The notes beneath the pieces were generated by a model. The model was not told where the DNA came from, did no database searches, and saw only the letters and a list, made by a program, of their open reading frames with translations. Positions 1 through 11,700 of a stretch of DNA of 64,000 nucleotides are shown piece by piece. The stretch is from the NCBI GenBank assembly GCA_002269645.1, contig NIVC01000639.1, positions 280,666-344,665 of the forward strand, read 5' to 3'. Within the stretch, counting starts at the first letter, position 1, and the number at the start of each line of letters is the position of its first letter. The stretch comes from Macrostomum lignano (lineage: Eukaryota). The position numbers were made by a program, and so were the translations under genes.

Positions 1-628
1 ATAAACAAAATTAAGTAAAGCAATACTTAACTATTTCAGAAAGTTATAAAATTTTAAGTTGAATGAAAATATTCCTTAAGATTTGCAAAGTAATTTTCTA
101 TTTAAAAACAGAATGGCTATCACTAAAAAGGTATTTTTCTTGTTACCAAAATGACTTGCTTCACACCAAAAGGACTGTCACCAAATGTCTTGTCACCAAA
201 ATGACTATAATGCATTTTTTGGGCAAAGTTATTAATGGATTAGCCTTCAAATTTTATAGTTTCTAATCCCAAATATTCAGTTAGTCTGACTTGAATTAGT
301 TTTTTTAATTCTAAATCTAATTCTTTTAATATTATTATTTTCTTTTAGATCCTATTTAAAGGATAATAGAAAAAGGTTGATCATTTTTTGAACAATATAC
401 ATTATTTAAATCAGAAGATTTAGGTTCAATGCACATATATTTTAAAGCATTTTTATATCTGCATTTACTATGAAAAATAAATGCTTCTATTGCTTTTAAA
501 GATACATTCTAATAAGGTTTTATTATCTAGATCGATATCCAATTTTGCTCTCTTGACCCTAGGTTGATGTCCTTCAAAACATTTTTTTATTTTTTGATCT
601 AGGTTGATACTCTTGTAATCCAGGTTAG

Positions 629-917
629 GTTGATGCTTCTGACATCCACTTTGATGCTTCTGACACCCAGGTTGTTGCTTACTGACACCCATGTTGTTGC
701 TTTTGACATCCGGGTTGATGCTCCTGACATCCAGGTTGTTGCTACTGACATCCACTTTGATGCTTCTGACATCCACTTTGATGCTTCTGACATCCACTTT
801 GATGCTTTTGACATCTACTTTGATGCTTCTGACATCCACTTTGATGCTTTTGACATCCAGGTTGATGCTCCTGACATCCGGGTTTTTGCTTCTGACATCC
901 AGGTTGATATTCCTGAT
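629..917. repeat. 21-bp minisatellite TGATGCTTCTGACATCCACTT
   Basis: visible tandem copies upstream of ZDHHC3. Confidence 0.9.
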
Positions 918-944
918 ATGCACCCTGACAGCCCGCAGCCAGCA

Positions 945-1481
945 ATGATGTCTGCACCAGCCAGCTCAGGTGCGGGTCAGCCAGCGCCTGAGACCGCCAA
1001 TTCTGCTGAGCTCCCGCCACCGATTGGCTCACCAGCTTCACCCGCCGACACCGCGGTGTCCCTTGGCGATGACGAGCTCAGCGACGGAGAGCACCTGCTC
1101 GGTGGCGGCTCCGGTCAGCAGCAGCCGAAGATCATCGTACGGACTGCCACCAGCCGGAGTCGGCGAATGGCCGCAGGCGGCGCGCACGGCCTCGCCAGAG
1201 ACGCCGGAGCAGCCAGCAGCGGCTGCGACTGCGGGCCCACCTGCCGCCTCATCGGCATCAGCCGCTTCCCACCGGCCGGCCTGTGGTTCGTCAAGGACGT
1301 CTGCGGCGTCTTCTGTGCCATGTTCACCTGGTTCCTCATCTTCTACGCGGAGTACGTTGTGCTGTTTATAGTGCTCATTCCGGCGCCCTCCTTCGCCTTC
1401 AAGTGGATCAACGGGGTGATCTTTCACGTGCTCATCCTTCTAGCATTCTCTTCGCACTGCAAAGCTATGCTAAGCGACCCA
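945..1481 (+). CDS. ZDHHC3: ZDHHC3-like exon 1 (Ala/Gly/Pro-rich N-terminus, TM1-TM2)
   Basis: [40 protein letters not shown]; donor GTGAGT at 1482, phase 0. Confidence 0.85.
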
Positions 1482-2926
1482 GTGAGTGTATTGCTCTGAT
1501 TTGATTGGGTTTGGTTTAATTTTGTTCATCCTGTGTAACCGTCTGACCTAATTTCACCTTATCCCATCTTTTATATGACATTTCGTGACCTTATTTGACC
1601 TCATTATGCATAACCTTAACGGAATTGACTGGACTTCATCTTATCTGACCTTATTTGACCTCATCCTATTCTTGTTCAACCTATTTTGATGTGATCTCAT
1701 TGCTATCTGATCTACTGTTTTGTGACCTTATTTGACCTTATTTGAACCTCCCTCGCAACGCAGGGCGCGGTGCCCATCGGCAACGCAACCAAAGAAAACA
1801 TCCTGCGCATGGGCTACCGCGACGGCAAGGACAGGGTGATCTACAAGTGCCCGAAGTGCTGCTGCATCAAGCCCGAGCGCTCCCACCACTGCAGCGTCTG
1901 TCGCAGGTGCATCCGCAAGATGGACCATCACTGCCCTTGGGTTAACAACTGCGTTGGCGAGACCAATCAGAAGTACTTTGTACTGTTTACGGTAATCGCG
2001 CCGCGTTGATCTGATATTTAATCGCCAAATACGGAAGCTTTATAATATTTATGCTACCATTTTACCTTTGTTCCCAGCTGTACATCTGCATCGCCAGCTT
2101 CTTCGCCATCTACCTGACCGTGCACTACTTTGTGCTGTGCGTCGGCTCGGAATGGGAGTGTGAGTTAATTTATGCTACTGATTGTACACCTAAACCTTTA
2201 TATACTACTGACAAGCTTTGAGTAGCAATGGGAGGAAATTTTTCTATTTACGCTGATATCGTTCTAACGCTAAGAGTATTCTCTTCAGCCTGCGCCTCCG
2301 GCTTCTCCCCGCCTGCCACCACCATATTCCTGGTGTTCCTGCTGGTTGAAGGCGTCCTGTTTGGCCTCTTCACCGCCATCATGTGCGGCGAGCAGCTGCA
2401 CGGCATCATCAACGACCAGACGGTATGCGGGATTTTAGGGATTTATGATTTGAGGATTCTGAGTTCATGCTATTGGGGTGTGAGCTCATGCTGTATTGGG
2501 ATGTGAGCTCATGCTGTATTGGGGCGTGAGCTCATGCTGTATTGGGATGTGAGCTCATGCTGTATTGGGGTGTGAGCTCATGCTGTATTGGGGTGTGAGC
2601 TCATGCTGTATTGGGATGTGAGATCATGTATTTGGATGTGAGCTCATGCTGTATTGGGAAATGAGCTCATGCTGTATTGGGATGTGAGCTCATTTTTGGG
2701 ATCTGAGCTCAGCTGTATTGAATCCACCGTGACCTGACCTGACCCCGGCGGGCGCCCGCAGGGCATCGAGAACCTGAAGCGGGAGCGGCACAGCTGGGAG
2801 AAGAAGTCCCGCCTGGTGTCCATGGAGGCGGTGTTCGGGCACCCGTTCTCCTGGCGCTGGCTCAGCCCTTTCAGCTCGCCTAACCTGAGCAATGGCAAGC
2901 ACCAGCCCTACATGTACTCAGTGTGA
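945..2926 (+). CDS. ZDHHC3: DHHC palmitoyltransferase, ZDHHC3/ZDHHC7 (GODZ) family; join(945..1481,1764..1991,2078..2159,2289..2422,2762..2926), ~381 aa
   Basis: Spliced product reads ..SDP|[61 protein letters not shown]|LYICIAS..DQT|[27 protein letters not shown]. The DHHC-CRD is intact, there are four hydrophobic TM segments, and all introns are GT-AG with consistent phases. The start could be the ATG at 918 or 945/948. Confidence 0.93.
1764..1991 (+). CDS. ZDHHC3: ZDHHC3-like exon 2 (DHHC cysteine-rich domain)
   Basis: acceptor cgcag at 1763; DHHC motif; donor GTAATC at 1992. Confidence 0.95.
2078..2159 (+). CDS. ZDHHC3: ZDHHC3-like exon 3 (TM3)
   Basis: ttcccag|[27 protein letters not shown]|gtgagt, phase 1. 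Confidence 0.88.
2289..2422 (+). CDS. ZDHHC3: ZDHHC3-like exon 4 (TM4)
   Basis: ctcttcag|..[44 protein letters not shown]|gtatgc. Confidence 0.9.
2458..2720. repeat. 23-bp minisatellite GTGAGCTCATGCTGTATTGGGAT in ZDHHC3 intron 4
   Basis: ~11 tandem copies. Confidence 0.92.
2762..2926 (+). CDS. ZDHHC3: ZDHHC3-like exon 5 (C-terminus)
   Basis: cccgcag|[51 protein letters not shown]. Confidence 0.9.
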   Translation, partial: GIENLKRERHSWEKKSRLVSMEAVFGHPFSWRWLSPFSSPNLSNGKHQPYMYSV

Positions 2927-3318
2927 TGAAGGGGGACCATCCTCCCGAGGTTCCTCACTGTGTGCACATGCTGGAAAATTAATATTATGTTGTTAAACTT
3001 GCAAAACTATTATATAACTGTTGGGCTCAGCCGATCGCTGTGTCTTGGTCTGTGGTCTTTGTGTACTCGAACACTGTCAGATTAAAAATTATATAATATT
3101 TACTCTTCATCAGCTCCCAGTTTCTGTTTTATACTGCGCTGAGATTCAAAGAATTGCTCGTAAATGCTAGGCTGCTTTGTTTTAGACTTATGTTCGCTCC
3201 TGTGTGTTGCCACCCACTCAGCACTCTTATCTATTATTATTAACATTATTACTATTATGTTCTTTAGTGCAGTCTCCAATATTTTATCTCGCTTTCAATG
3301 ATGAGGTCTCATCTATGT

Positions 3319-3742
3319 GGAGCTGACCCCATCCACTCAGACCTGACCCTATCCACTCAGAGCTGACCCTATCCACTCAGACCTGACCCTATCCACTCAA
3401 ACCTGACCCCATCCACTCAGAGCTGACCCCATCCACTCAGACCTGACCCCATCCACTCAGACCTGACCCCATCCACTCAGACCTGACCCCATCCACTCAG
3501 ACCTGACCCCATCCACTCAGACCTGACCCCATCCACTCAGAGCTGACCCCATCCACTCAGAGCTGACCCCATCCACTCAGAGCTGACCCCATCCACTCAG
3601 AGCTGACCCCATCCACCCAGATCTGACCCCATCCACTCAGATCTGACCCCATCCACTCAGAGCTGACCCCATCCACTCAGATCTGACCCCATCCACTCAG
3701 ATCTGACCCCATCCACTCAGAGCTGACCCCATCCACTCAGAC
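3319..3742. repeat. 20-bp minisatellite AGACCTGACCCCATCCACTC
   Basis: ~21 copies, intergenic. Confidence 0.95.
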
Positions 3743-4207
3743 TTTACTCCATCCAATCTCAGTCTCGCACTCAAGAGTTGTCGAGTTAAAAAAATTAATT
3801 TATTCACTGAAGGCGCATCAGAGCTCTGCTATGTTGAAAATTTGGATTCCTCAATCAACCTGTACGCGGTTATCGCTGAGACGCGCATACATCAGTAATG
3901 CATGTCTCTTATCTCTTAAACCTGAATTTCTGATTACTGCCATCCAAGCTCGTGAGTTTCAACTTTGAACTTTTTGTAATTCCCTCTTGTTCGATGTAGA
4001 CAAAATTCTGCGCTAAAACTTGTAGATTTATTAATAATTGTTATTCGTGTACAGAGCGGCATAAGCTGAGCTTTGATCAATCCTCTGTTTTTTTAGCTTT
4101 CTTGGTCTTTTTTAAATGCAGAGCCTCACTTGTGACGCATTGACTGTACTGGCGCTGGTGGCTTCGCTCTGATTTTTTTGTTTAACTACTCACTGGGCCC
4201 GTAGCTA

Positions 4208-4470
4208 CTCGGGAGTCACTCTATACCCACTCATGAGTCACTCTATACCCACTCAGGAGTCACTCTATACCCACTCAGGAGTCACTCTATACCCACTCAT
4301 GAGTCACTCTATACCCACTCATGAGTCACTCTATACCCACTCAGGAGTCACTCTATACCCACTCAGGAGTCACTCTATACCCACTCATGAGTCACTCTAT
4401 ACCCACTCATGAGTCACTCTATACCCACTCAGGAATCACTCTATACCCACTCAGGAATCACTCTATATCA
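4208..4470. repeat. 22-bp minisatellite GAGTCACTCTATACCCACTCA(G/T)
   Basis: ~12 copies immediately upstream of KDM4. Confidence 0.95.
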
Positions 4471-4571
4471 CTCCACCCCACACCCAACAATGAGCCACCC
4501 CACACCTAACAAGGAACCGCCCACTTCCCCGCAGCAGCTCGGCCCCAAGCCTGGCAGCTGCCCCCTCCGCC

Positions 4572-4891
4572 ATGTCCTGCCCGCCCACCTCGGCCGTCCG
4601 CATCCGCACCTACCGGCCTACCGAGGCTGAGTTCGCCGACTTCGCCGCCTACGTGTCGGACACCATCGAGGCCACCGGCGGTCACCTGGCCGGCATCTGC
4701 AAGGTGGTGCCGCCGGAGTCTTGGCGGCCCCGCCAGGCCGGCTACGAGGACCTCAGCCGGATGTCCATCCCGCAGCCAATCCGGCAGCGGATTGTTGGCA
4801 CCGACGCGGGAGCCTACCAGCTCTGGAATGAGACTCTCAAGTCTCTGACGCTTGAGCAGTACAAACTGCTGGCTGAGAGCGATGTTCACAG
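4572..4891 (+). CDS. KDM4: KDM4-like exon 1 (JmjN)
   Basis: ATG 4572 in gccATGt context; donor AG|GTGAGA at 4892. Confidence 0.9.
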
Positions 4892-6236
4892 GTGAGACCC
4901 GCGGTGCTGCTTTTCCCTCACAGTCCCCCTCCCCGCAACCCGGGTCTCCGCCCCCCCCCCCCGCAAACCGCATCTCCTGCCCTCCGCAACCCGCATTTCC
5001 GCCCCGCAACCCGCATCTCCTCCCCCCTCACAACCCGCATCTTCATCGCTACAAACCGCAACTCTTAGGCCGCCGGCCCGCTGCAGCAGCCCGGAGCAGC
5101 TGGAGCGCAAGTACTGGGCCAGCCTGACGCTCAACCCGCCAATCTATGGCGCCGATGTCAGCGGCTCGGTGACGGACGCGGACCAGCCGCTGTGGAACAT
5201 GCGCCGTCTGGGCACCCTGCTGGACAGTCTGGACCAGCGCATCTCCGGGGTGAACACACCCTACCTGTACTTCGGCATGTGGAAGAGCACCTTCCCCTGG
5301 CACACGGAGGACATGGACCTGTACTCCATCAACTACCTGCACTTCGGCGCCGCCAAGCACTGGTACGCCGTGCCGCCGGCCAACGGACGCCAGTTCGAGC
5401 GCCTCGCTGAGGCCTTCTTCGGCTCCTACAGGGCCGACTGCCCGGCCTTCTTGCGGCACAAAACCTCCGTGCTCAGCCCGCAGCTGCTGCGCCGCCATGG
5501 CGTCCCGTTCGACTCGGTGGTGCAGCGCCAGGGCGAGTTCATCATCACCTTCCCGTTCGGCTACCACTGTGGCTTCAACGCCGGCTTCAACTGCGCCGAG
5601 AGCACCAACTTTGCCAGCCGACGCTGGATCGACTTCGGCCTGGCCGCCCGACTGTGCCGCTGCCAGCCCGACAGCGTTGTCATCGACATGGCCGCCATCG
5701 TGCGCCGGTTTGGCGGCGCCGCCAAATGTGACTCCGGCAGCCACAAGCGGCCGCTGCCTCAGGGCCGGCACCCCGCCGAGCTGGAGGCCGCTTCGAGTAG
5801 TCGCCGGTGTCCGCGGCAGCGAGTCGGCTCCACTGACGGTGGGGACAGACCTGCCGCTGAAGCAGTCCGCTCAAAGCGGCGTCGGAAAGTACAGTCATCT
5901 TCCGGTGCCGACACTTCAAAGGATGCCGACATTTCAAAGGATGCCGACACTTCAAAAGATGCCAACATTTCAAAGGATGCCGACACTTCAAAGGATGCCG
6001 ATATTTCAAAGGATGCCGACATTTTGAAGGATGCCGACATTTCGAAAGATGCCGACACTTCAAAGGATGCCGACATTTCAAAGGATGCCGACATTTCAAA
6101 GGATGCCGACACTTCAAAGGATGCCGACATTTCAAAGGATTCCGACACTTCAAAGGGTGCTGACATATCTGTGCCATCGGAAGCGCCGCGGAAGGCCGTC
6201 GCAATGAACCTGTTTGACAGGCTGCGCTCGCTCTGA
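4572..6236 (+). CDS. KDM4: KDM4/JMJD2-family histone lysine demethylase (JmjN + JmjC only); join(4572..4891,5069..6236), ~495 aa
   Basis: JmjN: [23 protein letters not shown]. JmjC: [79 protein letters not shown]. The Fe(II) H-x-E..H triad and the Cys3-His Zn site are present. The single 177-nt intron is GT-AG, phase 2. Confidence 0.95.
5069..6236 (+). CDS. KDM4: KDM4-like exon 2 (JmjC, basic NLS-like RSKRRRK, repeat tail)
   Basis: acceptor actcttag at 5068 restores [17 protein letters not shown]; frame open to TGA 6234-6236. Confidence 0.88.
5907..6170 (+). repeat. 18-bp coding repeat ([12 protein letters not shown] x14 plus partial) in the KDM4 C-terminus
   Basis: GCCGACA(C/T)TTCAAAGGAT units, in frame. 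Confidence 0.9.
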
Positions 6237-6574
6237 GGGCAATCGGAAATCCGGAGCACCAGGATCCGCACTTTGCCCTTTTATGACTGCATTTTCATCC
6301 ACAGATTTGTGATTGCCGTTGTTTGGATTGTGTTTAATAAGAATATAGTGTTAAAATATTTTAGTGCATTTGTTTATACACATTTAGTGTATTTTTCTGC
6401 ACATGTATGCCTGTCTTACTGTCAGTAGTGAGATAAGCACTTATTAATACCGTTTTAGTACCTTATTTAAGCATGTAATTTTCTGTAAAAGATTTGTCAG
6501 ATGTCAAGATTGTATTTGTACAAACTAGATTATATTATGTGCTAAGCTGCTAACCCTCCCAGATACTCGGCCCT

Positions 6575-6958
6575 CCGCAATACCAGCTCCTCAGGCAGCT
6601 CACCTCAATACCAGCTCCTCAGGCAGCCCACCTCAATACCAGCTCCTCAGGCAGCTCACCTCAATACCAGCTCCTCAGGCAGCCCACCTCAATACCAGCT
6701 CCTCAGGCAGCCCACCTCAATATTAGCTCCTCAGGCAGCCCACCTCAATACCAGCTCCTCAGGCAGCTCACCTCAATACCAGCTCCTCAGGCAGCTCACC
6801 TCAATACCAGCTCCTCATACCGCCCATCTCATTACCAGCTCCTCATACCGCCCATCTCATTACCAGCTCCTCAGGCAGCTCACCTCAATGCCAGCTCCTC
6901 AGGCAGCTCACCTCATTACCAGCTCCTCATACCGCCCATCTCATTACCAGCTCCTCAG
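6575..6958. repeat. 28-bp minisatellite CAATACCAGCTCCTCAGGCAGCTCACCT
   Basis: ~13 copies. Confidence 0.93.
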
Positions 6959-7354
6959 TCTGGGTAAAGCTGGAGTTGATCAATTCTGATTAGTTTTTTG
7001 TCCTGCTTTTGCACTGTTCTATGCAAGAACTCCTTTGTTTTGTATAATAAGATTTTATATCGTTTGTACATAATTGCACCGTTTGATTTCTGCCAAATCG
7101 AACGTGTGCAGTATCGTGCTTGTTTTACAAATTAAACACTTCTTACTGATAATATCGGCCTACAGAGGTCTGGTCGCTTGTTGTACAAGTTATGAAACTT
7201 TTTGCATCAATTTGTACGAGCGTGTTTTTATTTTTTAAAACAGCTACTCTTGCCTCAAAGTACATTCAGAGTAAAGTACATTTAGAGTATATACCATTCT
7301 ACATGTAAGACAGGGGAAGTTTATAAACTAAGCCTTTGTGGAGTTGCATCTGTC

Positions 7355-8515
7355 AGCCTCTCAGATCCTCAATTGCTAAGCCAGCCTCCCAGATCCTCAG
7401 TTACTGGGCCAGCCTCTCAGATCCTCAATTGCTAAGCCAGCCTCCCAGATCCTCAGTTACTGGGCCAGCCTCTCAGATCCTCAATTGCTAAGCCAGCCTC
7501 CCAGATCCTCAGTTGCTGGGTCAGCCTCCCAGATCCTCAGTTGATGGGCCAGCCTCCCAGATCCTCAGTTGATGGGCCGGCCTCCCAGATCCTCAGTTGA
7601 TGGGCCAGCCTCCCAGATCCTCAGTTGCTGGGCCAGCTTCCCAGATCCTCAGTTGCTGGGCCAGCCTCCCAGATCCTCAGTTACTGGGCCAGCCTCTCAG
7701 ATTCTCAGTTGCTAAGCCAGCCTCCCAGATCCTCAGTTGCTGGGTCAGCCTCCCAGATCCTCAGTTGATGGGCCAGCCTCCCAGATCCTCAGTTGATGGG
7801 CCAGCCTCCCAGATCCTCAGTTGCTGGGCCAGCCTCCCAGATCCTCAGTTGCTGGGCCAGCCTCCCAGATCCTCAGTTGCTGGGCCAGCCTCCCAGATCC
7901 TCAGTTGCTGAGCCAGCCTCCCAGATCCTCAGTTGCTGGGTCAGCCTTCCAGATCCTCAGTTGATGGTCCAGCCTCCCAGATCCTCAGTTGATGGGCCAG
8001 CCTCCCAAATCCTCAGTTGCTGGGCCAGCCTCCCAGATCCTCAGTTGCTGGGCCAGCCTCCCAGATCCTCAGTTGCTGGGCCAGCCTCCCAGATCCTCAG
8101 TTGATGGGCCAGCCTCCCAGATCCTCAGTTGCTGGGCCAGCCTCCCAGATCCTCAGTTGCTGGGCCAGCCTCCCAGATCCTCAGTTGCTGGGCCAGCCTC
8201 TCAGATCCTCAGTTGCTGGGCCAGCCTCCCAGATCCTCAGTTGCTGGGCCAGCCTCCCAGATCCTCAGTTGCTGAGCCAGCCTCCCAGATCCTCAGTTGC
8301 TGGGCCAGCCTCCCACATCCTCAGTTGCAGGGCCAGCCTCCCAGATCCTCAGTTGCTGGGCCAGCCTCCCAGATCCTCAGTTGCTGGGCCAGCCTCCCAG
8401 ATCCTCAGTTGCTGGGCCAGCCTCCCAGATCCTCAGTTGCTGGGTCAGGCTCCCCAATACTCAGTTGCTGGGCCACCCTCCCAGATCCTCAGTTGCTGGG
8501 CGACCCTCCCAGATC
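7355..8515. repeat. 28-bp minisatellite GGGCCAGCCTCCCAGATCCTCAGTTGCT
   Basis: ~41 copies. Confidence 0.96.
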
Positions 8516-8565
8516 CCCAACCGGGCCTGAGGATTAGTCCCTCACTGAGCACTCAGCAAAGAAGT

Positions 8566-8781
8566 TCAAGAGTTCAACTTCGATTCCTCGCTCGACTTCT
8601 CGGTCGCCTCCTCCGCTGACGCCGCGCGGCCCTGGCAGAAGCCCAGCTGACAGGCCTGGCAGCCGGTCCGGTCGTGCTTCCGGTTCGGGTTTCCGGCGCG
8701 GCGCCACAGCTGCACCCGCTGGTCGCCCAAACTGACCCGGTACAGGGTCTGGCCTATGCGCCAGAACACATTGTACATAAC
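8566..8781 (-). CDS. zf-3CxxC gene last exon (HDRTGCQACQLGFC)
   Basis: acceptor attcag at 8782; TGA at 8568-8566. Confidence 0.82.
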   Translation of the reverse strand, partial: VMYNVFWRIGQTLYRVSLGDQRVQLWRRAGNPNRKHDRTGCQACQLGFCQGRAASAEEATEKSSEESKLNS

Positions 8782-11700
8782 CTGAATTGGAGTTTGGCAG
8801 GGCTCGGAGCCTTCACCTCCTGGATGACCCGTGCTCTGATCCTTCACCACCTGTATGACCCGTGCTCTGATCCTTCACCACCTGTATGACCCGTGCTCTG
8901 ATCCTTCACCACCTGTATGACCCGTGCTCTGATCCTTCACCACCTGTATGACCCGTGCTCTGGTCCTTCACCACCTGTATGACCCGTGCTCTGATCCTTC
9001 ACCACCTGTATGACCCGTGCTCTGATTCTTCACCACCTGCATGACCCGTGCTCTGGTCCTTCACCACCTGTATGACCCGTGCTCTGGTCCTTCACCACCT
9101 GTATGACCCGTGCTCTGAGCCTTCACCACCTGCATGACCCGTGCTCTGATCCTTCACCACCTGTATGACCCGTGCTCTGGTCCTTCACCACCTGTATGAC
9201 CCGTGCTCTGGTCCTTCACCACCTGTATGACCCGTGCTCTGAGCCTTCACCACCTGTATGACCCGTGCTCTGATCTTTCACCACCTGAATGGCCTGATTC
9301 TTCACCACCTGAATGACCCGTGCTCTGGTCCTTCACCACCTGTATGACCCGTGCTCTGAGCCTTCACCACCTGTATGACCCGTGCTCTGATCCTTCACCA
9401 CCTGTATGACCCGTTCTCTGAGCCTTCACCACCTGTATGACCCGTTCTCTGATTCTTCACCACCTGCATGACCCGTGCTCTGATCCTTCACCACCTGTAT
9501 GACCCGTGCTCTGATCCTTCACCACCTGCATGACCCGTGCTCTGATCCTTCACCACCTGTATGACCCGTGCTCTGATCTATTACGACGTGCAGTTCATCT
9601 CCCTGCCGCACCTTCTCGATCTCCTCCGGGTACCACTGTGGCTCCTCAAACACGGTGTCGGCTCCGCCGCGGTGACCTGCGGTCTCGTGGCAGCGCTGCT
9701 TGAACAGGCGGAACAGTAAGTTGTAGCCACGCTGCAACAACGGCCGCCCGTTGTCCGGGTCCAGCAGTCCGGGCCCCGCGCCGTCCACCCGGAACAGGTG
9801 GAACACGATGCGGCCCTTCATGGACGTCCACTCCTTTGGACATTGCTGGCGAGGGGTTTCGGGCTGTGGTTACGCTTCTGAGAAGTCTATCTAATGAGTT
9901 CGAATAGGTTCAGTTAACGATTCTGAATAGGTTTCAGTTGAGGATTTTGAAGAGGTCCAGTTGATTTCGTACAGATTTATTTGACATAAAAAATCGAAGG
10001 CCCTGGCAACAGATGGCCTGCTAATCACGCACGCTACCTACACATTGCACTGCTTTACTCCAACTCTGTGTCCAAACAGTTGGCCCGGAGCATCCCCTCG
10101 TCAGCTAAAAGTTCATTCCCAGTCATTGATCGAGCGGGCTGGCTGCCTGTCACCCCTCTGGGAGTTTATTATTGTCTTCAACTATTCAACTATAGCAGGT
10201 AAAAACTAAAGAGACTTCGCGCCTCGCCCAGGTCTCGAGAGTTCAGCGGGAAAAAGCGGAACAAAAATGGGATCAGAACTTTTTCGGCAAGAAGCGATGG
10301 GGGATTACACTGCATCGCGTGTCAGCGAGCCTGCCAAGCCATTGAAACCATGCTGGCAGTGTCTGGAAAGCCACGGAACACAGCCTTACAGACTGTCTGA
10401 ACAGCCACAGAACACAGCCTTACAGACTGAATGAACAGCCACAGAACACAGCCTTACAGACAGTCTGAACAGCCACAGAACACAGCCTTACAGACTGGCT
10501 GAACAGCCACAGAACACAGCCTTACAGTCTGAATGAACAGCCACAGAACACAGCCTTACAGACAGTCTGAACAGCCACAGAACACAGCCTTACAGACTGA
10601 CTGAACAGCCACAGAACACAGCCTTACAGTCTGAATGAACAGCCACAGAACACAGCCTTACAGACAGTCTGAACAGCCACAGAACACAGCCTTACAGACT
10701 GACTGAACAGCCACAGAACACAGCCTTACAGTCTGAATGAACAGCCACAGAACACAGCCTTACAGTCTGAATGAACAGCCACAGAACACAGCCTTACAGA
10801 CAGTCTGAACAGCCACAGAACACAGCCTTACAGTCTGAATGAACAGCCACAGAACACAGCCTTACAGTCTGAATGAACAGCCACAGAACACAGCCTTACA
10901 GACAGTCTGAACAGCCACAGAACACAGCCTTACAGTCTGAATGAACAGCCACAGAACACAGCCTTACAGTCTGAATGAACAGCCACAGAACACAGCCTTA
11001 CAGACTGAATGAACAGCCACAGAACACAGCCTTACAGACTGAACAGCCACAGAACACAGCCTTACAGACTGTCTGAACAGCCACAGAACACAGCCTTACA
11101 GTCTGAACAGCCACAGAACACAGCCTTACAGACAGTCTGAACAGCCACAGAACACAGCCTTACAGACTGACTGAACAGCCACAGAACACAGCCTTACAGA
11201 CAGTCTGAACAGCCACAGAACACAGCCTTACAGACTGACTGAACAGCCCAGAACACAGCCTTACAGACAGTCTGAACAGCCACAGAACACAGCCTTACAG
11301 TCTGAACAGCCACAGAACACAGCCTTACAGACAGTCTGAACAGCCACAGAACACAGCCTTACAGACAGTCTGAACAGCCACAGAACACAGCCTTACAGTC
11401 TGAATGAACAGCCACAGAACACAGCCTTACAGTCTGAATGAACAGCCACAGAACACAGCCTTACAGACTGAATGAACAGCCACAGAACACAGCCTTACAG
11501 ACTGAACAGCCACAGAACACAGCCTTACAGACTGTCTGAACAGCCACAGAACACAGCCTTACAGTCTGAACAGCCACAGAACACAGCCTTACAGACAGTC
11601 TGAACAGCCAAAGAACACAGCCTTACAGACTGACTGAACAGCCACAGAACACAGCCTTACAGACAGTCTGAACAGCCACAGAACACAGCCTTACAGACTG

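Noticed and set aside
630-917. N-terminal extension of the ZDHHC ORF (FDASDIH repeats)
   Set aside because: A 21-bp minisatellite, with an acceptor at 938 and a better ATG downstream; TTG start in the track. Probably outron or intron sequence.
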